Source: Candidatus Parcubacteria bacterium (GTDB lineage Bacteria > Patescibacteriota > Patescibacteriia > Patescibacteriales > UBA12075). From it: a DNA stretch of 64,000 bases. The notes below the pieces were generated by a model. That model was given only the letters and a program-made list of their open reading frames with translations, had not been told where the DNA came from and did no database searches. This document shows positions 20,001 to 25,629 of this stretch, piece by piece. A program made the position numbers and the translations under genes. The first letter of the stretch is position 1. Each line of letters starts with the position of its first letter. The stretch covers positions 9,616 to 73,615 of the forward strand of contig PKTK01000008.1 in NCBI GenBank assembly GCA_002869165.1, read 5' to 3'.

Positions 20001-22814
20001 AAGATTTCCTGAATGAGTTGCTGTGTCATAATACCAGTCTGTGCTCTCAACTAAATATTCATCCAAATTCAAAACAAAAGCTTGGTAACCTTCAGAATAA
20101 ACATTACCTGTTCCCGAGTCAGAAATATCTACATAAACACTTTCTCCATCAACTGCTGTCCAAACTGTAAACCATTGATAACCATGACCAGTATAAGCAG
20201 AACCTGATCTTCTGGTTTCCCATCTAAAACCTGAATCGCTAAATACAGTTGAACCATGTCTTACCTGAGCCATGGCACTTTCACTAGTAGAATCAGAATT
20301 AAGAGAGAAATTTACCATGACTAAATACTGATCTCCGGCAGTGAAATTACTTGAATCAATCGTGTAATTAGATATTTCTGTCCATGCTCCAGCTGTTCCA
20401 ACACTTGTAGTAATTATAGTATCATAAGAAACAAAAGCGTGAGGATTCTCACCTACTGGTGCGTCATTCGCAATCTGCCAGTACCTTGCTTCTGTAAATT
20501 TTTCCGTCTCAGCTGGTCCCAATAAATAAAATTCAGGTGAAATATCTGGAGCATCAAAAGTGTAGAAAAATTCATAGGTTTTACCAGCTTGCAAATCAAC
20601 CTCCCAAATAAGTTCATAATAATTTTCCTTTTCTTCAATTTGATATTTATTTTTGTCAGCAAATTCAAAGCCTTTGGGAACTTTTTCCACAAAGACACCC
20701 TGATAATCCTCATCTGAAGTAACAACAAAATTCATTTTATAAAGAGCTTTTGGATAAACACGGGTTGGACCAATCCTCTCAATTTCCATTTGAATGTCTT
20801 TTTTAACTTCAATTGTTTCATTAATCTTAAACTCACCGTTTTCTCCTTGGGCAGTGAGTTTAAAATCATAATAACCCTCTTCTTTGAATTTGAAATAGGC
20901 ATAAAAATCAGGCTCATTTATCACGTTATTGGGTCCGCAAAGAGAATTGATTATTATATCTGTATTGAAAGTACTTAAATATTTATAAGTTCCGTCGGGC
21001 TGTCTCACTTCAAGTAATAAGTATTCTGGGTCACACACCGTGTCACCATTCTCATCCAAAACAGCCATTTGTATATAGGCACTTTCTCCTTTTTTATAAA
21101 CAGATTTGTTAAAGTTCATACCCAAAACTCCCCAATTAAAATCCTGAGAAGACTCATATATCTCGCCATTATCACTAATACTTATATACATGGTATATTT
21201 GCCTGGCTTAAAACGTCTTGGATCTTTTAATAAAAATATCTCAAACTCACCATCACCTACATACCTATAATCAAATTTCGGAGATTCTTCCTCATCAATA
21301 TTCAATCCTTGTACATCTACTGCAACCGCTATATCCTTATATTCGTCACTGAAAAGATTAACTATACCGTCAATAATTTTCTTTACTAACTTTTTATTCT
21401 TTTTAAATTTAAAATTAAACTCCGGTTTCTCACTAGTTTTAAATTCTGTTTTAGCAGATATCAAATCTAGTACAAAATCCTCGCCTTTCTTTTCCGTTAC
21501 TACTTTCTCTTGAATTTCTTCGTAATCATCTGTTGGCTCTCTACTACCATAATTAACTTCAAGCCACAACGAATCAAGGAATATAATTGGCAACTTCCCT
21601 ATATCAAAACCATTCTCATCACGAACAGAAAGTTTTATTTCTAAATTATCAATTTGCTCCCAAGAAACAGATTCAGGAATATCTAAAATAAAATAATCAT
21701 TATTTTCATAATTAGATATTATTTCATCAAGATAAAAAGAGTCCAAGACTCTCCAATCAATCACTTCTTCAGAATTATCCCTAAAAGAAATATCAATTAC
21801 TTCTCCGCCACTTGCTCCCTTGGCTGCCATTGATATAAAAAGTTTTAAAGAATAATCCTCAGGCTTATCTTCAGACAAAGGAACGCTGAAATTATTAAAA
21901 TAAACGTTCTTTTCCTTGCTTTTTGATCCTGAATCAAGGTCCTCCTCAATCATATTCTCGGAACCTGTAGCAAAAACTGTTTTACCAGCAAAATATTTAC
22001 TAATATTAAAGAAATGATTTATTTTATTGAGCCAAGAAACTTCTTTTTTTGAGTCTTCATCAGACTCATTAAATCCTACATCAGCAGAAGATTCCAAATC
22101 TTCGCTTGACTGGTTATCTGAATTATTATCTAATGATTCATTGACGCTGTCCTCCCAAGAAGAATTATCTTCCACGCTCTGCCCTGATTCCTGGGATTCA
22201 TTATATTCACTAGACTGATTTTCAGTCTCCTGCCCACTCGATTCATCCTCTCTAAGGTCAGCTTCTACTTTCTGGAAAATTTCTTCTTGGTTGTTTTTTG
22301 TCTCCGTGCTTTCTAAATCAACATCGTTCAGTTCATTTTCTAAGACTTGATTTACTTCATCATTACCTGAAACTGTCTCGACAGATCCATCGGAAGTATT
22401 TAAATCAATAATAATCTCTGAAGCCTTGTTTTGTTCTTGTCCAGTATCCAAAGCATCTAATTCAACCCGAGGAGTCCAAATGTCATTCTTAATTTCCAAA
22501 GATGGTTTTAGATATTCAATCTCTTCTAAAGAAAAATAAGCAGAATTAACTGGATTAAAATCATCAAAATTTGCCTGAGCTGATAAATCTTGATAAAAAA
22601 TATTATCAACTGCTTGCCACATAACAAATTCATCTTCATCAAAATAAAACGAACCTGGAATAACTTTGACTGTATCAGAATAAGCTTTTACAAAATCAAA
22701 ATGACCGCTTCCAAATGAAAAAACGGTCATTACAAAAATTAGTAAAAACAAAAATTTTACATAAAAATTTGAAAGTATTTTTCTAAATACTTTTTTTATC
22801 AGCATGGGGTGCAA
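5100..22814 (-). CDS. Giant (5,904 aa) modular cell-surface protein, putative adhesin
   Basis: Single uninterrupted 17,715-nt ORF. The track start is TTG at 22814; ATG at 22805 (MLIKKVF...) is more likely. Contains an N-terminal TM/signal anchor, an acidic Ser/Asn/Glu-rich tract, six FN3 modules, two DUF2341-like + LamG-like units, a glycine-rich domain, a propeller-like region, three YRW...YCFR beta-sandwich modules and a Cys-rich C-terminus. Confidence 0.85.
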   Translation of the reverse strand: MHPMLIKKVFRKILSNFYVKFLFLLIFVMTVFSFGSGHFDFVKAYSDTVKVIPGSFYFDEDEFVMWQAVDNIFYQDLSAQANFDDFNPVNSAYFSLEEIEYLKPSLEIKNDIWTPRVELDALDTGQEQNKASEIIIDLNTSDGSVETVSGNDEVNQVLENELNDVDLESTETKNNQEEIFQKVEADLREDESSGQETENQSSEYNESQESGQSVEDNSSWEDSVNESLDNNSDNQSSEDLESSADVGFNESDEDSKKEVSWLNKINHFFNISKYFAGKTVFATGSENMIEEDLDSGSKSKEKNVYFNNFSVPLSEDKPEDYSLKLFISMAAKGASGGEVIDISFRDNSEEVIDWRVLDSFYLDEIISNYENNDYFILDIPESVSWEQIDNLEIKLSVRDENGFDIGKLPIIFLDSLWLEVNYGSREPTDDYEEIQEKVVTEKKGEDFVLDLISAKTEFKTSEKPEFNFKFKKNKKLVKKIIDGIVNLFSDEYKDIAVAVDVQGLNIDEEESPKFDYRYVGDGEFEIFLLKDPRRFKPGKYTMYISISDNGEIYESSQDFNWGVLGMNFNKSVYKKGESAYIQMAVLDENGDTVCDPEYLLLEVRQPDGTYKYLSTFNTDIIINSLCGPNNVINEPDFYAYFKFKEEGYYDFKLTAQGENGEFKINETIEVKKDIQMEIERIGPTRVYPKALYKMNFVVTSDEDYQGVFVEKVPKGFEFADKNKYQIEEKENYYELIWEVDLQAGKTYEFFYTFDAPDISPEFYLLGPAETEKFTEARYWQIANDAPVGENPHAFVSYDTIITTSVGTAGAWTEISNYTIDSSNFTAGDQYLVMVNFSLNSDSTSESAMAQVRHGSTVFSDSGFRWETRRSGSAYTGHGYQWFTVWTAVDGESVYVDISDSGTGNVYSEGYQAFVLNLDEYLVESTDWYYDTATHSGNLSSAWSTDGASIDISGGNNEWMVMAMGQFLSDSTSADMQMRINNTTDSNIFSSLTYEGEDVDDYRPLVAMTGDIISVTETWRVYAADAAATQDWTDSKIFALNINAFRDHQIATGTGLVAIAPQSTWVQAHSMASYNVESTADTFVWSNEVVNMGENRKVLYTRVQVDNTTTPTGFDDFARELPAGSTDYNAIHNFFVSSMSTGSHTIDADLQETVDAVPNPIAQDHNMVAFSLELKPITVLNVLGQEQYEADATTTIANGGWTDDEVVLYAQASDLDGGSSYVDLYFELIASSSSFTTSTSTPSGACSSGTTYSSCASNIWTVQASASGSIATGTVSITSIPEELSGYKWQVFAIEEVGNSSSWGVYNESVPNFYVDTASPTPPGALTENSTLGTSIALNFGASTTETFFSHYKIFYKEGSSGVTESDTEHLDSNLNYQDYNSAQTTTINGLSPGLTYVFNIWAYDLSGKKASSTEISLTTATALSVTAYKQYKSNGLTEIANNAYTNESEVVLSALASDVNATTTEVDFYFQVAKDDGSFIADTNPPGSSCVSGTAFGSCSSKIWTVFASSSAWYDDNWIYRKKLTINSTYVESTELGFPVLATTTDPNLAHISNGGNVASSTGADIVVTDSDAQTLLNFEREYYDPSTGELVIWVKTDISSTTNKDIYIYYGNSSVNQDYSTTTGVWDSNYVMVQHLEESSGVHYDSTFNSNDSATVSVTNQDASGQIDGADEFGGAAAGNQIDLNTSASFNALDNMTAEAWINTDNNAVANQSIISFYSRGNDRTWMYLADNTNGIRIYNDLNNSNADFATTGIAPDSSTWHHVAWVIDGAYWRIFIDGEEQGLSASALTMSSLDDGFSVSIGRRAGDEDYEWDGKLDEIRVSNTARSSNWLRTQYNNQKDVNTFISIGSQETEPNANGIVNITSLPDRGTSTDSDVGYKWQVMSCNASNACSSWDDFNPSIPNFKIDTTAPNAPGDLSLATTTPTSIELNFGSEASDNNFSHYKIFYKKGILGVSPADTEHSDSNLSYIDYNGAATTTITGLEAYTQYVINIYAYDGAGNYTSATELSVTTSQAPHARARSVMFLGGTYSANGNSGKLSDTNHTFSSFNFNLAETEVEIRNAYVLFESQFEAYHSNASNYTGFNLAFDVCQESCTADAFSGTGNVLLDDNTTLVYGESGSNQVRLLMDVTDEVQLATYVGDATNMEAQIGYRLETGSATSSIASAKAKLIITYAFNNDDSDNYTNTVIYPLESSNSGDSGSRMTSQADDCSKNSDCPLFTYNVTVPEMSSALSQWFEMYSVNDGNGSSDVNVDINIQGSDVDSDIFIHEAVNGSDQSNLPLMIFDAMPGFSENTAQILEMHAESPGVATYYLDGGEVFETYSASLSAPIKTRTVSFPLGVLTNGQSLSTASATASVYFPENGSGYGIVDIKKAWFRVVSNSYDGAARTITVSSKVGDNSKSSNYVYSLDTGTSVVKPSFNIIHVIPSSNYSELELANANSAKNVSVYATNDSNNIGGVSAELMITYTYTGETSGYLSSINLFGGQSNVSANSHNFSSESLRAVFPELRGDKTLRSASLLSSYLINDSDNDVTSAWFSLGSNISASSPSCSNSFYSHTDSVNSFTEYYFNIRGAMTSIDNQVYQTCISNYNPTDDSAGAKMNSIWLYTYQWDAPPSDFTQYSYRWYENNDAISPVTAMANEGESISNVNLADVLRLRMNIAISGSLLATNTQTFKLQYGTSTDCTTISDWYDVGGLAADSDWRAYNNPSPIDGTTLDSYLLATSTVSESYEEVNPSVSNPKSIAIGGYGEWDWVIVNNSASSDVGYCFRMVEGDSSSLDTYLNSSYAKLTTAPSNTLPNNPVSLGQFSGDGTSRIINSSWHASDTIQLTAIVIDPNINETLSLYFEFIDNNSTPSSGASEPVGACSSGTAYESCASKIWYVSSGLGTFIDTPFIATTTITGIISSSTGYKWQVMACDDDSECTSWVTYGSQPNLYIDTVAPTPPGSLVFASSSPTAISLTFGSETVEDNFDTYRIFYKVGTSGVDETDDEHTDLNLGYIDYNGYGTTTLTNLSANTTYVFNIWAYDEAGNKASATVETLGTTASSYNQPTGFLVATNQKDDGTGAIDIAILVDDPYNDNTLRARILFDEGIDCDFSTPAKDTLDETDENISATYGDPDIDNNSFYQVGTSTSWIISSLGQNYVFFDWLSKYNAPNANTTYCLGLVVNDGLFDQVATHTKLVLIDNLAPSTPGALTINKKNFDSVVLNFGAESFDSRFDQYKIYYHTGTTTVSEDDTVFDLSDDPNLDNVDYGEAATTTISGLEPNTWYSINIWAYDNLGNKASSTQLNFKTNASPTNISADNQYRDDGITLIPNNTWINENNVILRSSVHDQDSGDLVTFYYELIPVESNFSSSNQVPVNVCSSGTSYGVCSSHIWEVSTTTYSLPADWYDADWLYRKILTIDSGLVLADQNDYPLLATTTDSDLAAYARSDGLDILFTDSSGTTTLMFELENFDSSSGELVAWIKTNISSLSDTVVYMYYGNSSWSTDLSTSTGVCMNNFSGVWHLDENVIDDSSQVDIHFDYSGNSNYGSQYGNNELGAWIYNGQSFYGIDDYISVADSASLDFTSSMSMSFWMNASVAENSSTTIFSVVGSDNFVVPDGVTQITVKSWGAGGGGGSGGSNGASQGGIGGGGAYGEAIFNVSPGETLNVHVGGAGGGGTYDGSTAGGGGGGGGRTEVVRASDSNTLIVVAAGGGGGGGYDTASDGGAGGAGGAISGSDGSDSGSAGGGGGATLSAGGTGGTGGNNTGSDGASITGGAGADGRNGEGADGSENNGGVTNGGDGGGATVQGPGNAGGGGGGSGYYGGGGGSSAGATGAGAGGGGGSTYVSLLAISSSTESGSGNIAANTDDSDYVSGIGSGGTGGNSTLAGSSGGDGYLLIKYNVPVDIIKKGSDAYRIKLDSDKNLSAYINNQVATATIDNGWNYIVLTYDQAAGGTEEMKIFINGTKVGTADYSTLITANNDPLIIGENLNGLIDQFEISSTARTENWVKTRYNNLSAANDFVNITSSDAVTSYYESSLIVSIPDNPSNGQGYKWQVMACDDDSDCSAWDAFNIVTPNFKIDTTAPSPPGQLLEYSQTSNTITLQYGLASTEDNFKEYKIFYNTSGASVSESDIEISSSTDNNLYYQDYNSANTITVYGLDPVTTYYFNIWAYDVVDNKASSTQSTASTNAAVSTPGAMFYTKNDSAIYYRVWTGSSWGTEQSSGNITAAGDNIRHIKALRSNDGGKVGIVFKTWDGTNQEWWGTVYRFAANDFVDSTQLDTSYASTDNNQLLTACIAYLSDGEFVVIKNNNGTSGTRVHSWNPIDAWTSEGAGPDPGAVMNGCELEHRPGTDNYLLLTFDEDSDVGSSYYIGGSSYVDNWTNWTQHSSQEEDLDNYVGQAFFDTSNNTRGAISFSNSNSNSYTYAKYFICDSSSINYGGQVSSPSTAPNDWGSNFVHGVFAADPGQVGIAYFAGRDTGGELNVYKVDVTNPTISWSTLTNGDNISKSLLYSETNDSQKPFSIEFYESSKVVVTWADTNNTQPVYLKLTASTDTLDASTSTVPGSDANNWTRTKFYKDPNIDEMLTLYQNDDVDFSAVFWDGGNDQFYSSGNQAWLELASNNTVQDADDRNASYAFAKYNSSPNPPYSLEQYKTDASTTISNGEWTNEDTVNLVASTIDYDNSEEVSLYVQLIANIDTFATTTDGLSSSCDITEDFSACSSKIWFIASSSGDFSYESFTATATISGISNSSIGYKWQTIACDDESACSVWVKYNISGPNFKVDTTPPTPPGNLSVSNVSSESLYLVFGGQSTEDNFDTYKIFYKEGTSGVTEFDTEHIDVNLGSQNYATAIDTQVSGLSSSTQYVFNIWAYDLAGNKASATVEIATTTHNPAYLDQVSFLLENDDGATVNDNSTEASPDTALSDVYIGERINARIQLENTGGDSAIDKVYKLQFENQTDSPGVWTDVGAATEISYSGALSGDSGDTITGFKASANTHTWQDGAFYQGVYQTTTYSLPKNYYTEFVFAIETSNSLTGKTYRLRLYNETDNRFFDEYTIYPSISTISSDIIRYSKESTLSLASSEDDLSYYFDPEGYADINSDDDTNRDELIVDSGYGAYVFATKHVNNTDAASTTWNGQSSTSTVSKNIFLQVYRFGSTNDWVTLDTEFSVLANTDFDLYGEVNSNLSEYYDASNWIYWRVYQDTGSYTLRSDYIDINFSAPIPYTEQIHFRWREDDGTETTATWRELEDIGNPTAGNALGRGSSTRMRIEIANTGGGDATNYNYRLEYATSSDACVADFGAWTALPNTATTEHFEMATSSYFADWDPTTAQLNNSETYSFTAGDMVEETSNSSDDITLSEGFYTEIEYMFYVTNSAIAAETYCFRVTDSGTLLNEYSLYPALTITGSNNSAPYFNVYPSDGGSASTSPTNEDSQITFTATAQDDDGNDYYLAVCQTNSISPGNNTAPTCNGGSWCISDSTTPSTEASCSYTANAATEENPWYAFACDKLPGFGVSQCSPMSQGEGNIYNDSPFVINHRPSFTSVSTLINNQDPGSRFTISTVSSDTDTFYATNTLYLYVCYTDSANFAGCTGGVDDTVCSAIATSSPNAKCDYDDVAPTPAGANTYYAYLFDNHGLAASNNSLSSSYSINNVSPVFGSLVLNGGTNIQPNIRGMSDKVVSVSNGSVQDFNGCTDITSAVSSVYISNAVGSHSCSPDDNTCYQITTDNCSINDCIDASDSTASVICTTTVRYFINPTDSFSNNPSLYWEGYMQLSYGTNFPATTSNQVDVETNIALDVFEDLIDFGSEMFAGENTENYNATTTIVNAGNSPIDTNLSGTDMDSPGYTITVNNIEWNTSVFTYNSGTDLTIGGVNVDIIAPKPTSIATTSDEIYWGMEIPFGADATTYNGYNTFTVILDGDGW
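11160..12023 (-). other. Glycine-rich domain coding segment nested inside the second LamG-like domain of the giant gene; local GC-rich island
   Basis: Encodes FVVPDGVTQITVKSWGAGGGGGSGG...GGDGYLLIKYN. The plus strand is runs of ccaccgccacc. The flanking sequence aligns with the uninterrupted LamG-like copy at 17265-18277. Confidence 0.6.
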
Positions 22815-23027
22815 TTTTATTTTATTTTTAGTAAATAAACTACAAAATCACACTAACTAAAAGCTAGTGTGGAAAATATTTTTTATTAACTTATTATACC
22901 ATATACGAGGCAATAAACGCAACAAGATAAACATATGACAAAAATTGCTTAACATAAAGAAAAAGAAAAAGAAAAAAATAATTAAAAAAATTTTCTAATT
23001 ACATCTTCAAAAATACCCAATTTTTTA

Positions 23028-23057
23028 TTGCTATAGAGTCATAAAATATGTTATAAT
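23028..23057 (+). promoter_or_regulatory. Candidate sigma70-type promoter of the che operon (TTGCTA-18 nt-TATAAT)
   Basis: ttgcta at 23028-23033 and tataat at 23052-23057, 37 nt upstream of the cheW ATG. Chance matches are common in AT-rich DNA. Confidence 0.3.
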
Positions 23058-23093
23058 TAATACATTATACACATATTTTAATTAAGAAAATAT

Positions 23094-23723
23094 ATGCAAA
23101 ACGAAACTGAAAAAATAATCCAAAATGTTGCCAGCCAAAGCAGCGACAGCGACAAAAACGCTGAAATAAAAGATCAAAAAATTCAGTTAGTTGTATTTGA
23201 ATTAGATAAGGAGGAATATGCAGTGGAAATCACTGATCTTCAGGAAATAAAAGAAGTACCTGAAGTTACTCCTATCCCAAATGCTCCTAACTTTATTAGT
23301 GGCATTTTTAACTTAAGAGGTAAGATTATTATTGTTGTTAATCTTGAAAAGAGATTCAATCTAGTTCGTGACCATGAACACACTGGATCAGAAAATATTA
23401 TTATAACTGAGGTAAGTCAAAACAGTTTCGGGATTCTAGTTGATCGAGTTAAAGAAATAATCAATATTCCTAAATCCACCATTCAATCAACCCCCTCTCT
23501 TGTTTCCACAAAAATTCATGCAAGTTATTTAAAAGGAGTTGTAGTAATGGCAAATGAAAAAAATCAAACAACAAATGCTGAAAACAAAACAAACAATGAA
23601 GAGAATATGGACTCTAGACTAATTATTCTTCTAGATTTACCTAAAATGCTTCAAGAAAAAGAACTTTTATCATTTTCTAGTTCAGTAAAAGACGTTGCTC
23701 AAAATACAGAAAACGATAATTAA
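23094..23723 (+). CDS. cheW: Chemotaxis coupling protein CheW
   Basis: CheW-like core: QLVVFELDKEEYAVEITDLQEIKEVPEVTPIPNAPNFISGIFNLRGKIIIVVNLEKRF. Has a low-complexity Asn-rich insertion near the C-terminus. Confidence 0.85.
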   Translation: MQNETEKIIQNVASQSSDSDKNAEIKDQKIQLVVFELDKEEYAVEITDLQEIKEVPEVTPIPNAPNFISGIFNLRGKIIIVVNLEKRFNLVRDHEHTGSENIIITEVSQNSFGILVDRVKEIINIPKSTIQSTPSLVSTKIHASYLKGVVVMANEKNQTTNAENKTNNEENMDSRLIILLDLPKMLQEKELLSFSSSVKDVAQNTENDN

Positions 23724-23751
23724 AATATAATTTATAAATTTAATAAAAACT

Positions 23752-24102
23752 ATGGCAAAAAAAATTTTAATCGCAGATTACAGTGCATTTATGAGAAAAA
23801 TGCTAATCGAAATTCTAAACGAAGGAGGTTACACCGAGATCATTGAAGCCGAAAACGGCAAAATAGCTCTTGAAAAAATTGAATCTGAAAATCCAGATTT
23901 GGTTCTTTTGGATATTATCATGCCAGAGGTTGATGGCGTTGAGGTAACCAAGCAAGCAGGTAAAAAAGTTAAAATCATTATTATCTCAGCTATTGGACAA
24001 GAAGGTGTTATTAAAGAGGCTCAAGATAATGGAGCTCTTGGATTTATTGTAAAACCATTTAAAAAAGAGCAGGTACTTGAAGAAGTAGGCAAACATGTCT
24101 AA
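23752..24102 (+). CDS. cheY: CheY-like single-domain response regulator (second acidic-pocket Asp replaced by Tyr)
   Basis: KILIADYSAFMRKML, phospho-acceptor context LVLLDIIMPEVDG, SAIG, and KPF near the C-terminus. Confidence 0.85.
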   Translation: MAKKILIADYSAFMRKMLIEILNEGGYTEIIEAENGKIALEKIESENPDLVLLDIIMPEVDGVEVTKQAGKKVKIIIISAIGQEGVIKEAQDNGALGFIVKPFKKEQVLEEVGKHV

Positions 24103-24105
24103 TCT

Positions 24106-25170
24106 ATGGCAAATGAAAAAATAAAACTTTTAATCGTAGATGATAGCGCTTTCATGCGCAATCTTGTTAGAGAACTATTAGCTGATGAAAAATACATTGA
24201 CATTGTTGATGAAGCCAAAAACGGTGAAGAGGCTATAAAAAAAGCAAAAGAATTAAAGCCAGCTGTAATCATAATGGATTATAAAATGCCAATAAAGAAT
24301 GGACTGGAAGCTACTGAAGAAATAATGAAAACCAAAGACTACTCCCCTGGCATTGTAATTTTTTCCGCGTATACCGAAGACGGCATAAAAGAAGGTTTTC
24401 ATAGTTTAAGGGTTGGAGCTATTGATTTCATTGCCAAACCAGATGGCTCAAAAGAATCTGAACTTAGAACAATCAAAGCAAAACTAATCCTAAAAATCAA
24501 AGTCGCAGCTAATGCTTTTATTCATGCTAAAACAAAAGATCTAACAAGCGACCCTTTACTTCCAAACGAGACAAAAATAAAAAACAATATTCAAGTCGTG
24601 GTTATTGGAGCTTCCACTGGAGGACCCCCAGTTGTTGAAAGAATAATCAAAGGAATAAACAGTAATTTTAAAGGAGTTTTGCTTGTAGTCCAACATATGC
24701 CGGAAAAATTCACCAGTATTTTTGCTGAATTAACTAATAAGGAATCAGAAATAGAAGTTAAACAAGCTGAAGAAAGCGAGGAATTAAAGCCTGGTACCTG
24801 CTACATAGCACCAAGTGGTCAGCACATGAAAATTGAAAAACAAGAAGATGATACAGGGGAAATAAAAAAAATAATTCATCTTACTAGAGAACCAAAAGTT
24901 TCTGGCTACAGACCGTCAATTGATGTATTGATGAACTCTGTAAGTAAAATTTACAAAGAGGAATCATTGGGAATAATCCTAACTGGTATGGGAAGCGATG
25001 GTTTAAAAGGTTCAATTAATATGCATGACAACGGAGCTTATATCATTGCTCAATCTCTTCAAACAGCAGTTATTGAATCTATGCCATCATCTATAATCAA
25101 TGCCGGAGTTGCTGATGAGGTGCTTTCTCCTCGTGAAATAAGCAACAGGATAAATTCCTTAAACAATTAA
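24106..25170 (+). CDS. cheB: Chemotaxis methylesterase CheB (receiver + esterase)
   Basis: Receiver motifs LLIVDDSAFMRNL and IIMDYKMP. Esterase triad contexts GASTGGP, VVQHMP, TGMGSDG. Confidence 0.9.
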   Translation: MANEKIKLLIVDDSAFMRNLVRELLADEKYIDIVDEAKNGEEAIKKAKELKPAVIIMDYKMPIKNGLEATEEIMKTKDYSPGIVIFSAYTEDGIKEGFHSLRVGAIDFIAKPDGSKESELRTIKAKLILKIKVAANAFIHAKTKDLTSDPLLPNETKIKNNIQVVVIGASTGGPPVVERIIKGINSNFKGVLLVVQHMPEKFTSIFAELTNKESEIEVKQAEESEELKPGTCYIAPSGQHMKIEKQEDDTGEIKKIIHLTREPKVSGYRPSIDVLMNSVSKIYKEESLGIILTGMGSDGLKGSINMHDNGAYIIAQSLQTAVIESMPSSIINAGVADEVLSPREISNRINSLNN

Positions 25171-25593
25171 ATGGATCTATCAAAATTCAAAGCAATATTT
25201 ATCTCAGAAGTAGAAGACCAGTTACAGAAACTTAACACTGGTGTTCTTTTACTAGAAAAATTAAATAATAAAGGCGAAATTGACACAAAGACTGTTAAAG
25301 ATACATATAATGAAATGATGAGAGCTAGTCATACCATCAAAGGTTCAAGCGCATCAATGGGTTTTGTAAAAATGGCTTTTTTAACTCACATCCTTGAGGA
25401 TGTTTTTGATGCTGCCAGAAATAATAGATTGAAGCTAAACGAAAAAATGGTTAATCTGGTCTTTAAGTCAATTGACAACATTGAAAATTCACTAAACAAC
25501 ATCAAAGAAAATGATGAAGAACTAGATTTTGATAATTTTTCTAAAAAATTAAAAAAGGAAACTGGTGTACAAACAGAAGGAATTGGAAAATAA
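25171..25593 (+). CDS. cheA: CheA P1 (Hpt) domain as a separate ORF
   Basis: Hpt motif MRASHTIKGSSASMGF. The ORF ends at TAA 25591-25593, in the same frame as the kinase-core ORF that starts 36 nt later. Confidence 0.8.
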   Translation: MDLSKFKAIFISEVEDQLQKLNTGVLLLEKLNNKGEIDTKTVKDTYNEMMRASHTIKGSSASMGFVKMAFLTHILEDVFDAARNNRLKLNEKMVNLVFKSIDNIENSLNNIKENDEELDFDNFSKKLKKETGVQTEGIGK

Positions 25594-25629
25594 AAAAGGA
25601 ATGAAGATGGCGGTCCTGTTGAATTAACT

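Noticed and set aside
22815-23093. ncRNA or riboswitch in the divergent region between the giant gene and cheW (small hairpin cacacta...tagtgtg at ~22849-22871)
   Set aside because: Only a 7-bp stem in very AT-rich sequence, with no recognisable conserved RNA motif. Treated as ordinary promoter DNA.
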